DNA of 64,000 nucleotides from an uncultured Actinomycetota bacterium (lineage in GTDB: Bacteria; Actinomycetota; Thermoleophilia; RBG-16-64-13): NCBI GenBank assembly GCA_963736705.1, contig CAVTPV010000005.1, forward strand, positions 1,632,353 through 1,696,352, written 5' to 3'. Shown here piece by piece: positions 35,458 to 47,190 of this stretch. Position numbers and translations under genes: made by a program. The notes beneath the pieces were generated by a model. That model saw only the letters and a list, made by a program, of their open reading frames with translations, searched no databases and was not told the origin of the DNA. Numbering within the stretch: the stretch's first letter is position 1; every line of letters begins with the position of its first letter.

Positions 35458-36248
35458 AGGGGCAGCTGCTCCTGGCGGTCGGCGGGCGTCGCGGCCGTGC
35501 CCGGCGCTGAGTTCGGCGCCTGCGGCGCGGGCGCCGCCGTCGCGGCGGCCGCTGGTCTCGCCGCCTCGGCGGCCGCGGCCTGAGTGGCGGCCAGCGCCTC
35601 GAGCGCCGCCGCCGGCATCACCTCACCGGTCTCCTCGGCCCGGGCGCTGAGGCCATGGGCCAAGAGGTACTTCAGCTTGGCGAAGTCCTGATCCAGCACC
35701 CCACGGTTCGCCGGGTTGTAGAGCGCCGCCGCCGGATGGAACACCGGGAACACCACCAGGTCCACCCCGCCGATCTCCCTGCGCTTGGCCTTGCCGTGGA
35801 TGGCGGTCATGCTGAGTTCGGTATCGGCCAGGAGCTTGGTGGCGAAGCGGCCCAGGGTGCAGATGACCGCCGGCCTGATGATGCCTATCTGCTCCATGAG
35901 GTGCGGGCTGCACGCCGCGATCTCGTCGGGGAGCGGGTCGCGGTTCTCGGGCGGGCGGCACTTGACCACGTTGGCGATGTAGACGTCGGCGCGGGTCAGG
36001 CCGATCTTGCCCAGGAGTTCCGTCAGCAGCTTGCCGGCCGCTCCCACGAAGGGCTCGCCCTGCTTGTCCTCGTGAAATCCCGGTCCCTCGCCCACGAACA
36101 GCAGCCGCGCGTTGGGATCGCCCACGCCGAACACCACCTGGGTGCGCCCGCTGCAGAGCCCGCAACGGTCGCAATCCTTGAGCGACTCGCGCAGCGCGTT
36201 CAGGGGCCCAGAGGCGTCGTACGTGGATGTCTCGTTCGTGTCGGGCAT
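35451..36248 (-). CDS. Family 4 uracil-DNA glycosylase (Fe-S)
   Basis: CDRCGLC, GEGPG, PFVG, NVVKCRPPENR, HPAA. Confidence 0.93.
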   Translation of the reverse strand: MPDTNETSTYDASGPLNALRESLKDCDRCGLCSGRTQVVFGVGDPNARLLFVGEGPGFHEDKQGEPFVGAAGKLLTELLGKIGLTRADVYIANVVKCRPPENRDPLPDEIAACSPHLMEQIGIIRPAVICTLGRFATKLLADTELSMTAIHGKAKRREIGGVDLVVFPVFHPAAALYNPANRGVLDQDFAKLKYLLAHGLSARAEETGEVMPAAALEALAATQAAAAEAARPAAAATAAPAPQAPNSAPGTAATPADRQEQLPLW

Positions 36249-36366
36249 GCTGTCAGGGTAGCAGAACCGGCTTGCAGGCTGTTATGCTACGCGCGCACCA
36301 CGTGGGATGCTGAGAGTCGAGTTGCGGCCGGACCGTCTACCTTATGGAGGCGTAGCCGGAGACGCA

Positions 36367-37484
36367 TGACTCATAAGCGGACCGCATGGTCGAGGGAAAC
36401 GCCGAGCCACGTCTGGTATCTCGAGGCAGAACTGGAACAGAGGCAGGTATCCATCGAAGCGTCAGCTACATCTTCACGTTTCGCCGTCATCGGCGCGGGT
36501 CGCCTGGGCTCCAGCCTGGCGCTCGCCCTGCGCGCGCACGGTCTCCTTCTCGTGGGACATACCGCCGCTTCTGACGCCGGCAGATCCCGAGCTCAAGAAT
36601 GGCTGCACTTCCCGGCGGCGCCGAACCTGCGTGCTCTGGTGGAGCTCGCCCCCGACATCTACTTCATCTGCGTGCCCGATGCCGTCGTGGCCGACGTGGC
36701 TGCCGAACTCGGCGCGGCGCTGGCGGCTCAGGGCGCCCGGCCGGCGGCCGCAGCTCCCCCCGTCGTCGCCCACACCAGTGGCGCCACCTCGGTGTCGGTG
36801 CTGGCTCCGTGCGAGAAGGCCGGAGCGGCAGCCCTCGCGTTCCATCCTTTGCAGACCTTCCCCGAGCCTCTCACCGGCGCTTCGCGCTTCGCGGGCGCGG
36901 GCGTGGCCCTCACGCCGGGGCCGGTCCGTCCGGACGCCGCCGGCGCCACGGGCTTCCACCTGGCCGACCTCTTGGGCATGCGGCCCTTCCTCCTCGCCGA
37001 CGACAAGCGCAGCCTGTACCACGCGGCGGCGAGCGTGGCCTGCAACTACCTGGTGACGTTGGAGCACGTTGCCGATGAGCTGTTCAAAAAGGCCGGCGTC
37101 CCTGAACGCGTGACGCTCGAGCTGTTCCTGCCCCTGGTGCGGGCCACGCTCGACAACCTGGCCACCCGCGGCCCCGTCGACGCCCTCACCGGCCCCCTGA
37201 GCCGCGGCGATGCCGCCACCATCGCCGCCCACCTGGAGGCGCTGGCGGCCGATGCTCCCGAAGCCCTCCCCGTCTACCGGGCCCTCGGCGACGCCACCCT
37301 CGACCTGGTCGCGGCCCGCGGCGAGGTGGAGCCCGCCGTCATCGCCCGCATGAAAGAACTCCTCGCCAGCGATACCCGAACAAGGAAGGAATCCCAATGT
37401 CTCCTGCGCCTGAAGTCTCAGGCCCCTCCACGGTGGTCACCGACAGCATCCACTTCGACACTCAGGGCGACGCCGACATGGTGA
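36367..37484 (+). CDS. Rossmann-like plus DUF2520 domain oxidoreductase (ends uncertain)
   Basis: IGAGRLG, CVPD, HTSG, FHPLQTF, YHAAA, LTGPLSRGD. Confidence 0.85.
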
Positions 37485-37849
37485 ACATCACCGAGCAGGT
37501 GATCGACTGCGTGGCCGCCACCGGCCTGCGCGCCGGCATCGTCACGGTGTTCGTGCCCGGAGCCACCGGAGCGGTCACCACCCTCGAGTTCGAGCCCGGC
37601 GTGGTGCAGGACTTCCGCGATCTCTTCAACCACATCGCCCTGCCCACCAATCACTACTACCACAACGACACCCACCCGGACTCCAACGGCCACGCCCACG
37701 TGCGCGCCGGCCTGCTGGGCCCGTCCCTGGTGATCCCCTTCGACGACGGCAAGCCCTGCCTGGGCCGCTGGCAGGAGATCGCCTTCGTCTGCTTCGACAA
37801 CCGTCCCCGCGAGCGCACGGTGATCGTGCAATCGTTCGGCGTCCGCTAG
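37397..37849 (+). CDS. YjbQ/UPF0047 family protein
   Basis: GATGAVTTLEFE, NGHAH, LGRWQEI, FDNRPRER. Confidence 0.88.
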   Translation: MSPAPEVSGPSTVVTDSIHFDTQGDADMVNITEQVIDCVAATGLRAGIVTVFVPGATGAVTTLEFEPGVVQDFRDLFNHIALPTNHYYHNDTHPDSNGHAHVRAGLLGPSLVIPFDDGKPCLGRWQEIAFVCFDNRPRERTVIVQSFGVR

Positions 37850-37866
37850 TCAGCGAGGAGAGCACC

Positions 37867-39162
37867 ATGAAACCGATGAAGCCCATCCTCCAGCTCGCCC
37901 TGGACTTCGTGGACCTGCCCCGCGCCCTCGCCGTGGCCGAGGAAGCCGTGGCCGGCGGCGCCGACTGGCTCGAGGCGGGCACGCCGCTCATCAAGAGCGA
38001 GGGCCTGCAGGCCGTCCGCGAACTGCACGCCCGCTACCCCGACAAGATCATCGTGGCCGACATGAAGACCATGGACGCCGGCCGGGCCGAGGTGGAGTAC
38101 GCCGCCAAGGCCGGAGCCAAGGTCGTGGGCGTGCTCGGCGCCGCGTCCGACGCCACCATCAAGGAGTGCGTCGAAGCCGCTCACAACTACGGCGCCGAGA
38201 TCGTGGTGGACATGGTGCAGGTGGCCGATGTGGTCACGCGCGCCAAAGAGGCCGAGGCGTTCGGCGCCAGCTACATCGGCATCCACATCGCCATCGACGA
38301 GCAGATGCAGGGCAAGACCCCCTGGGACACGCTGCGTGAGGTGGCCGCCGCGGTCTCCATCCCCATCGCCGTGGCCGGGGGCATCAACTCCGAGACCGCG
38401 CCGCTGGCCATCGAGGCCGGCGCTTCCATCGTGGTGGTCGGCGGGGCCATCACCAAAGCCACCGACGCCACCGCTGCCACCCGCACCATCAAGACCGCCA
38501 TCGAGACCCTGGTGCCCGCGGAGTCGGAGTTCTTCGTGCGCGCCACCGGGCCGGACATCCGCGAGATGCTCAGCCGCGTGTCCGCCGCCAACGTCTCCGA
38601 CGCCCTGCACCGCAGCGGCGACATCCCCGGCATCCGCCCGCTGGCCCCCGGCATGAAGCTGTGCGGCCCGGCGCTCACCGTGCGCACCTATCCCGGCGAC
38701 TGGTGCAAACCGGTGGAGGCCATCGACCAGGCCCAGCCCGGCGATGTCATCGTCATCGACGCCGGCGGCGTAGCCCCGGCCATCTGGGGCGAACTGGCCA
38801 CCAACTCGGCCATCCAGAAGCAGGTGGCCGGCGTGGTCATCTGGGGCGGCGCCCGCGACACCGGCGACATCATCGCCCTGGGCTTCCCGCTGTTCTCCTC
38901 GCTGGTCTCCCCCACCGCCGGTGAGCCGAAGGGCTTCGGCGAGATCGGCGTCCCCATCAAGATCAACGGCGTGCGGGTCTCCCCCGGCGACTGGATCATC
39001 GGCGACGACGACGGCGTCTGCGTCATCCCCAAAGACAAGGCCGTGGAGTACACCAACCGGGCCATGGACGTGCTGGAGAAGGAGAACCGGCTCCGCAAGG
39101 AGATCCAGGCAGGTGCCACTCTGAGCCAGGTGGGGTATCTGCAGAAGTGGGAGAAACGCTAG
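37867..39162 (+). CDS. 3-hexulose-6-phosphate synthase fused to an RraA/HMG-aldolase domain
   Basis: LQLALD, EAGTPLIKSEG, ADMKTMDAG, VAGGI; C-terminal VSDAL, AIWGEL, ARD, GDDDGV. Confidence 0.9.
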   Translation: MKPMKPILQLALDFVDLPRALAVAEEAVAGGADWLEAGTPLIKSEGLQAVRELHARYPDKIIVADMKTMDAGRAEVEYAAKAGAKVVGVLGAASDATIKECVEAAHNYGAEIVVDMVQVADVVTRAKEAEAFGASYIGIHIAIDEQMQGKTPWDTLREVAAAVSIPIAVAGGINSETAPLAIEAGASIVVVGGAITKATDATAATRTIKTAIETLVPAESEFFVRATGPDIREMLSRVSAANVSDALHRSGDIPGIRPLAPGMKLCGPALTVRTYPGDWCKPVEAIDQAQPGDVIVIDAGGVAPAIWGELATNSAIQKQVAGVVIWGGARDTGDIIALGFPLFSSLVSPTAGEPKGFGEIGVPIKINGVRVSPGDWIIGDDDGVCVIPKDKAVEYTNRAMDVLEKENRLRKEIQAGATLSQVGYLQKWEKR

Positions 39163-39212
39163 ACGGGCGTCGATGGGCGTGATGGGCCGCGGCGCCCCGT
39201 AGAGGAGGCCGC

Positions 39213-39845
39213 ATGTCCGCGTTCTTCAGTTGGACCGCTCCGCTCTTCAAGCTGAGCCGCCATCGGTTCACGGAGGAGGATTTCCGGTCGTACGCGAACC
39301 ATGTGCGGCCCTGCGTACCACCCGGCGGCCGGCTTCTTGATCTGGGGGGCGGCACCGGCGACCTCGGACTCGGGGTGGGCCGCATGCTGGGCGCCGAGGT
39401 GGTGGTGGCCGACGCGACCCCGGAGATGCTCCGTCGCGTGAGCCCCGATCCGTCGATGTCGGTGCGGTTGACGACCGCCGAGGCTCTCCCCTTCCCCGAC
39501 GGCCACTTCGACGGGCTGCTCTGCTCAGACGCCTTCCATCACTTCCGCGACCAGGAAGCGGCCGCCGCCGAGATGGCCCGGGTGGTCAAGCCCGGCGGAT
39601 GCGTGCTCGTCTTCGAGTTCCGCCGCAAACGGGCGGGCAGGGTCTTGGTGCCGCTGGAGAAGGCGCTCCACGAACCGGGCTCGTTCCTGGAGCCGGACGA
39701 ACTGCGCAGGCTGTTCGCCCGGCACGGCATCAAGGGCTCCATCGTGCAGCAGGGGTTCCTCACCTACACGTTCGCCGCGCACAGGGATCTGAGAAATCCG
39801 GTAACGTCGCCGCAGGACCAAACGACCTTCCTGGGGGCTCCATGA
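39213..39845 (+). CDS. Class I SAM-dependent methyltransferase
   Basis: LDLGGGTG, AEALPFPDGHFD, RVVKPGG. Confidence 0.85.
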   Translation: MSAFFSWTAPLFKLSRHRFTEEDFRSYANHVRPCVPPGGRLLDLGGGTGDLGLGVGRMLGAEVVVADATPEMLRRVSPDPSMSVRLTTAEALPFPDGHFDGLLCSDAFHHFRDQEAAAAEMARVVKPGGCVLVFEFRRKRAGRVLVPLEKALHEPGSFLEPDELRRLFARHGIKGSIVQQGFLTYTFAAHRDLRNPVTSPQDQTTFLGAP

Positions 39846-41195
39846 CCGCCGTCGACCGTGACCTGCTCCGCACCCGCCTCGCCGAGGAGCGCCGGCTCTT
39901 CGAAGCGACCCATCCGAAATCGGCGGAACTGGCCCAGCAGGCCAAGCAACACCTGCTCACCGGCGTGCCCATGGCCTGGATGACCCGCTGGGCCGGGAGT
40001 TTCCCCGTGTTCATGGACTCCGCCGAGGGCGCCCGCGTCACCGACGTCGACGGCAACGAGTACATCGACTTCGCCCTGGGCGACACCGGCGCCATGACCG
40101 GCCATGCCCTCCCCTTCGTGGCCGACGTACTGGCCGAGCGCGCCCGGCACGGCATCACCACCATGATGCCCACCGCGGACGCCATCTGGGTGGCCGGCGA
40201 ACTCAAGCGGCGCTTCGGGCTGCCGCTGTGGCAGTTGGCGCTCACCGCCACCGACGCCAACCGGTTCGTGCTGCGGATCGCGCGGTATCTCACCGGGACG
40301 GCCGAAGATCCTCGTGTTCGATTGGTGCTACCACGGCACCGTGGACGAGACGCTGGCCACCATGGGCCCCAACGGCGAGACGGAGTTGCGGGAATCCAAC
40401 ATCGGGGCGCAGGTGCATCCCTCGCACACCACCAAGGTGGTCGAGTTCAACGACATCCCGGCCCTGGAAGCGGCCCTCGCACCCGGCGACGTGGCCTGCG
40501 TGCTGGCGGAACCGGCGCTCACCAACATCGGCATCGTTCTGCCCGACCCCGGCTACCACGAAGCCCTGCGGGAGATCTGCACGCGCACCGGCACCATCCT
40601 GGTGATCGACGAGACGCACACCATCAGCGCTGGACCCGGCGGGGCCACCGCGGCGTGGGGTCTGCAGCCGGACATGCTCACCATCGGCAAGCCAATAGCG
40701 GGCGGCATCCCGGCGGCGGCGTACGGCATGAGCGCGGAGATCGGGGCGAAGCTCGAGGAGTTCTTCTACAGCGAGGGTGTGGACGTGAGCGGCATCGGCG
40801 GCACCTTGGCCGGCAACGCCCTCTCGGTGGCCGCCATCCGAGTGACCCTGGCCAACGCTCTGCGCGAGCGCGACTTCGACATCGCCATCCCTCTGGCGGA
40901 GCGCTGGACGGACGGAGTGGCCTCGGTGATCGCCCAGCACGGCCTCCCCTGGACGGTGCAGCGCCTCGGCTGCCGCGGCGAGTACTGGTTCTGCGACCCG
41001 CCGCGCAACGGCGCCCAGGCGGCGGCCGCCATCGACCCAGACCTGGAGCACTGGTTCCACCTCTACATGCTCAACCACGGGGTGCTCATGACCCCGTTCC
41101 ACAACATGGCCCTGATGTCGTCCAGCCATGTGGCCGCCGACGTGGACCGCCACACCGAGTTGTTCGCCGACGCGACGGAGCGGATCATCGGGTGA
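39842..41195 (+). CDS. Class III PLP aminotransferase (GSA-aminomutase-like), frameshift near 40300
   Basis: DVDGNEYIDF, EPALTN, IDETHT, GKPIAGG, GGTLAGN. Confidence 0.87.
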
Positions 41196-42000
41196 TGGAC
41201 CGAGCGACCGACCAGCGCAGCCCTTCTCTCTGACCGGCCGCACGGCGCTGGTGACCGGCGCCGGCAGCCCCACGGGCATCGGTTTCGCCACCGCCCGGCT
41301 GCTGGGCCGGATGGGGGCGTCGGTGGCGGTGACCTCCACCACGGAGCGCATCCACGAGCGGGTGGCCGAGTTGCGGGCCGAGGGCATCACCGCCTTCGGG
41401 ATCGTGGCCGACCTCACCGCCCCGGTGGACGTGGCCGCGCTGACGGCCGCCGTCCTGGATTGGCGCCCCGCCGTCGACATCCTCGTCAACAACGCCGGCA
41501 TGGTCTCCCAGGTCAGCGGCTGGGACGCGGAGAAGCCCTTCGAGGACCTCACCCTCGCCGAGTGGGATGAGGCCCTGGCCCGCAACCTGCGCACCGCCTT
41601 CCTGGCCACCCGGGCGTTCCTGCCCGGCATGAAGGAGCAGTGCTACGGGCGGATCATCCTGGTCTCTTCGACCACCGGTACCGTCGGGGCGATGCCCCTC
41701 CAATCCACCTACGGCACCGCCAAAGCGGCCATGACGGGGCTGGTGCGGTCGCTGGCGGTGGAAGTCGCCGAGTTCGGGGTCACCGTGAACGCCGTGGGCC
41801 CAGGCTGGATCGCCACCGGGTCACAGACCGCCGCGGAAGCCGAGGCGGCGCTGGCCGCTCCGATCCGCCGCGCGGGCACACCCGACGAGGTGGCCGCGGC
41901 CATCGCGTTTCTGGCGTCGGCCGAGGCGTCATACGTCACGGGGCAACTGCTGGTGATCGACGGCGGCAATGCGCTCATCGAGGACAAAGCGCACGTCTGA
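41195..42000 (+). CDS. Short-chain dehydrogenase/reductase (FabG-like)
   Basis: TGAGSPTGIG, LVNNAG, YGTAK, VNAVGPG, YVTGQLLVIDGG. Confidence 0.9.
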
Positions 42001-42010
42001 GAGAAGTCAA

Positions 42011-42047
42011 CCGGGCCTGCGAGCGGTCCTTCCGCTCGCAGGCCCGG
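42011..42047. terminator. Perfect 16 bp hairpin between convergent genes
   Basis: CCGGGCCTGCGAGCGG-TCCTT-CCGCTCGCAGGCCCGG. Confidence 0.7.
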
Positions 42048-42067
42048 CGAAACAGGCGAGGCTTGCT

Positions 42068-42673
42068 CTACTTGGCGTCTTCTGTCTGGACAGCGGTCCA
42101 GATGAAGGCCTTCTCGGTCATGCTGCCTTGGTAGCTGTTGTCGCCGCTCGCGTTGTCCAGGGGCGTTCCGCCCTCGGGGAAGGTGACGGTGAACTCATAC
42201 ACGTGCCCCCTGTTGAGGTCCCCCGGTAGGAACGTACCGAGATTGGCGCCTTCAAAGGCGCTGAGCGGACCTTCGTAAACGGTCTTCTCTTCCCTGACGT
42301 CCATGATCTTCAGTTGGAGCACCTTGCCCAGGTAACCACCGTTAGAGCCTGCGACGTCCTTGACGTTCTCCATGTCCACCCTGAAGTCACCCGGGATATC
42401 GCCGGTGTTGAAGATCACTACCCGGCCCGTCGAGACGTCGCCGGGTTTCATGAGTTCCGCCGTAAGGATGGCCTGGTTCTGGAGGTCGCTCGAGCCGTCG
42501 CGCGTGACCCACATGCTGAGGATGCCGGAGGTGAAGACGTTCTTGGGGTTGGCGGACGTCGTGGTGAAGACGGCGCCGGATCCGACCAGGGCGGCCGAGG
42601 CCAGGATGACCGCGGCCCCGAGGAGCGCTCCTGCCACTATCAGCTTCCGCTTGCGCGATGACTTCGCTTTCAT
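42068..42673 (-). CDS. TasA/CalY-like secreted protein with a SipW-type signal peptide
   Basis: Basic N-terminus, hydrophobic stretch, GSGAVFT...NVFTSG, MKPGD, NTGD, DNSYQG, FIWTAVQ. Confidence 0.72.
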   Translation of the reverse strand: MKAKSSRKRKLIVAGALLGAAVILASAALVGSGAVFTTTSANPKNVFTSGILSMWVTRDGSSDLQNQAILTAELMKPGDVSTGRVVIFNTGDIPGDFRVDMENVKDVAGSNGGYLGKVLQLKIMDVREEKTVYEGPLSAFEGANLGTFLPGDLNRGHVYEFTVTFPEGGTPLDNASGDNSYQGSMTEKAFIWTAVQTEDAK

Positions 42674-42861
42674 CTTGGTCCCTTTCCTGGGCTCTTCGTG
42701 ACTGGGTCACGTGCTTGCTGTGTGAGTGCAAGCCTAGTCCACGCACGAGGCGCCTTCATCGGACGGAAAACGTGTCTTCTGCACTGCGGATGCGCCAGTC
42801 TTTGACTGGACGAACGTCCTATCTACTCTGATCGATCGATGGACGGGGGCGTCCCGTCTTA

Positions 42862-43754
<893 letters not shown>

Positions 43755-43755
<1 letters not shown>

Positions 43756-44755
43756 CAGAGCCCCGCCGCGCCGCTCGCGGCGGCGGCGCCGCCCTCTTCC
43801 CGCCCGGCCGCCAGATCCGTCACCGACAGCGCCCCTCCCAGGCCTTCGGCCGCCCGCACCGCGCGGCGGATGCTGGCCGCCACCGCGTCGGCGGCCGCCA
43901 CGCCCACTTGGAACACGTTCCCCGGCATCCGCCCGGTGGCCATGGTGAAGACGCAATCTCCATCCCGGGGTGTATGGACGGGGTCGATGGCCCGGGCGAA
44001 GCCGTCATGGGCCATCCGGGCGACTATGCCGCACTGCAGTTTGTCGAGGGCGGCGTCGGTCATCACGACGGCCAGCGTGGTGTTCTCGATGGCGCCGAAC
44101 AGCGGCGCCGCCGTCATCGCCAGCAGCACCGCCTTGCTGCCGGCGAAGCCCGCCGTCGCGCCGCGCGCCCGCGAGGATCTCCGCCGTGCTCGTCCAGCAC
44201 GTCGCCGAGCGGGTTCACCACGGTCAGCGCGCACACGGTGGCGCCCTCCCCGGTCTGCACCGAGGCCAGGCCCACACCGCCCTTCATCATCCCCTGGAAA
44301 CCCAACACCTTGCCGACGGTCGCTCCGGTGCCGGCCCCCACGGAGCCCTCCTGCACCAGCGGCCCCGCGGCGGCAGCCGCCTGGTAGGCGTCGCCCGCGC
44401 TCGGGCAGGCGGTGGCGCTGCCCAGTCCAAGGTCGTAGATGACCGCGGCGCTCACCAGCGGGATCTTGGCGAACGGGGTCTGGTAGCCGTAGCCCTTCTC
44501 CTGGAGGAAGGCCGTGATCCCGGCAGCCGCGCCCAGACCGGGCGCGCTCCCCCCGGTGAGTAGGATGGCGTGAAGCTCGGTCACCGACGCGAACGGCGAC
44601 AGCAGGGCCGTATCCAGCGTGCCCGGGGCTCCCCCGCGGATGTCCACCGAGGCCACGGCGCCTTGCGGCGCCAGGACCGCCGTGCAGCCGGTCAGCCCCT
44701 CCAGATCGGAGTGGTGGCCGACAAGAAAGCCCTCGATAGGAAGTTCGGCGGCCAT
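43755..44755 (-). CDS. P1 family (DmpA/ThnT-like) self-processing hydrolase, frameshifted
   Basis: TGCT, RGGAPGT, LTGGS, GSVGAGTGA, KGGVG, ENTT, HTPRDGD. Confidence 0.85.
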
Positions 44756-44829
44756 CTCGGTGTTCGGCGCCCCTGGTCGGCGGTTCGCGGCAGGTCAGCG
44801 GCCCGATGTGTGTCGCTATCGGGCCTGCG

Positions 44830-46129
44830 TTACCGCGAGTTCTTCCTCATCTGCTCGAGGAACTCGTCGTTGGACTTGGTCTCTTTGAGCTTCTGGATGA
44901 GCAGCTCGATGGCCGCGTTCGGATCGAGAGCGTGCAGCACGCCGCGCAGCTTCCAGACCATCTTGGCCTCGGCCGGGTCCATGAGCAGCTCTTCCTTACG
45001 CGTACCGGAGTTCTCGATGTCGATGGCCGGGAACACGCGCTTGTTCGCCAGGTTACGGGTGAGGCGCACTTCCCAGTTGCCGGTGCCCTTGAACTCCTCG
45101 AAGATGACCTCGTCCATGCGGGAGCCGGTCTCCACCAGAGCCGTGGCCACGATGGTGAGCGAGCCGCCTTCCTCGATGTTACGGGCGGCGCCGAAGAACT
45201 TCTTCGGGCGGATACAGCGCCGTGGAATCCACACCACCCGACAGGATACGGCCGCTGGCCGGCGCCTGCAGGTTGTAGGCCCGGGCCATCCTGGTGATGG
45301 AGTCGAGCAGCACCACGACGTCCTTGCCCACTTCCACCAGGCGCTTGACGCGCTCGAGCACCAGTTCGGTGACCTGCACGTGGTTCTCGCCCGGCATGTC
45401 GAAGGTGGAGGCCACGACCTCGCCGTTGACCGTCCGCTCCATGTCGGTGACCTCTTCAGGCCGCTCGTCCACGAGCAGGACGATCAGGTGCACCTCGGGG
45501 TTGTTGGTGGCGATGGCGTGCGCCAGGTCCTTGAGGATGGTGGTCTTGCCGGCCTTCGGCGGCGACACGATGAGCCCGCGCTGGCCCTTGCCCAGCGGGG
45601 AGATGATGTCCATGACCCGGGCGGACATCTTGTCCGGAGTGGTCTCCAGGCGCAGACGCTGGTCGGGGAACAGCGGGGTGAGCGATTCGAAGTTGGGACG
45701 GTGCCGGGCCTGCTCGGGGTCGATACCGTTCACCGTGGAGATCTTGAGCAGCGCGTGGTACTTCTCGTTGTCACGCGGCGTGCGCACCTGGCCGGTGATC
45801 TCGTCGCCGCGGCGGAGCTTGAAGCGCCGGATCTGGCTGAGCGACACGTAGATGTCGGAGTCCGACTGGGTGTAGCCCTGCGTGCGCAGGAAGCCGTAGC
45901 CGTCGGGGAGGATGTCCAGCAGACCGGTGCGGAAGTGCAGGCCGCGGTCCATGGACTGTTCGTTCAGGATCTTCCAGATGAGGTCCTGCTTTGAGTACTT
46001 GCGGTAGTTCTTGATGCCCAGTTCGCCGGCCACCATGTGCAGGTCGGACAGCAGCTTGGGCTCGATCTCGGACAGCGGCGTGGGTTTTGCCGTCTCGCGG
46101 CCTTGTTCCTGTTCCTGGATGGGGTTCAT
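44830..46129 (-). CDS. rho: Transcription termination factor Rho (frameshift near 45210)
   Basis: [49 protein letters not shown]. Confidence 0.97.
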
Positions 46130-46149
46130 TCGCTGTTATTCTCTCTCTT

Positions 46150-47178
46150 TCATCTGATGGCGAGAGCCACCATGGGGCCCCCGTTCTGGGTACGGTGAAG
46201 TGACTTGATGGTACGGACGGTGTGGCAGTTGGAGCACATGATCACCGTCTCGGTCTGGATGCCGTCCCTGCGGACGTCGATGCCTCTGAGGAAGCGCCCG
46301 CCCGTGACGGCCGTGGCCGAGAACAGGACGCCGTCGTGGGCCAGATCCGCCGCGGTGAGCGGCGTCTCCACGTCGTCGAAACCGGCGGCCCTGACCTGCT
46401 CCACTTGGATACGGGACACGGGCCAGAAGCGTGCCTTCATCTCTCCGCCGATGCAGTGCAAGGCGGCCGCGGCCAGCACGCCTTCTATCGACCCACCGAT
46501 GCCGATGGTCATGTGCACGCCGCTCTCCCGGAGAGCGGCGGCGATGCCGGCCGAGATATCCCCGTCAGGGATGAGCTTGAGCCGGGCGCCCGCGGCCCGG
46601 ACCTGCGCGGCCAGTTCCTCATGACGCGGCCTATCGAGCACCACGACCACGAGTTCCGAAGTGGGCAGGGCGAGGGCTTTGGCCACACCCCGGATGTTGT
46701 CCGCCACGGAGGCGTCTATGTCGACCGCCGCAGCCGCCTGGCCGGGGACGATCATCTTCTGCATGTACATCTCGGGCACTTGCATCAGGCTGCCCTGCGG
46801 CCCCGCGGCGATCATCGAGAGCGCTCCTTCAGCGCCCCGAGCCAGCGCGTTGACGGCCTCGAGCGGCTGGACGATGGCGTCCCAGAGCGGGGCCTCCTGG
46901 GCCGCCTCCTCCAGGTCGTCGCCGGCAGCGGCCGCGTCGCGCGGGCTGCCTCCCAGCACGTCTCCAGCCTGCAGACCGGCCGGCCCACGGCCGCTGCCCC
47001 GGCTGCCGACCACCCTGATCTTCAGCGGGCTCGCCGATAGGGCCTCTGCCATGGCAGCGCGCGCCGCCATCTCGCCCGCCAGCCCGTCGCCCCGGCCGAT
47101 CCACTCGGCGGCGCCCAGGGCGGCCGCTTCGGTCACGGCCACGAACCGCGTGCACATACAGCGAGCCTCAGCGTTCAC
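46150..47178 (-). CDS. glpX: GlpX-family (FBPase class II) protein with degenerate catalytic motifs
   Basis: TEAAA, WIGRGD, YMQK, LDRPRH, PDGD and GIGGSIEGV retained; GEGE and DPxEGT motifs altered. Confidence 0.85.
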   Translation of the reverse strand: MNAEARCMCTRFVAVTEAAALGAAEWIGRGDGLAGEMAARAAMAEALSASPLKIRVVGSRGSGRGPAGLQAGDVLGGSPRDAAAAGDDLEEAAQEAPLWDAIVQPLEAVNALARGAEGALSMIAAGPQGSLMQVPEMYMQKMIVPGQAAAAVDIDASVADNIRGVAKALALPTSELVVVVLDRPRHEELAAQVRAAGARLKLIPDGDISAGIAAALRESGVHMTIGIGGSIEGVLAAAALHCIGGEMKARFWPVSRIQVEQVRAAGFDDVETPLTAADLAHDGVLFSATAVTGGRFLRGIDVRRDGIQTETVIMCSNCHTVRTIKSLHRTQNGGPMVALAIR

Positions 47179-47190
47179 CGGCCTGCACCT

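Noticed and set aside
35655-36366. Long N-terminal extension of the DUF2520 ORF
   Set aside because: It is the antisense shadow of the udg gene
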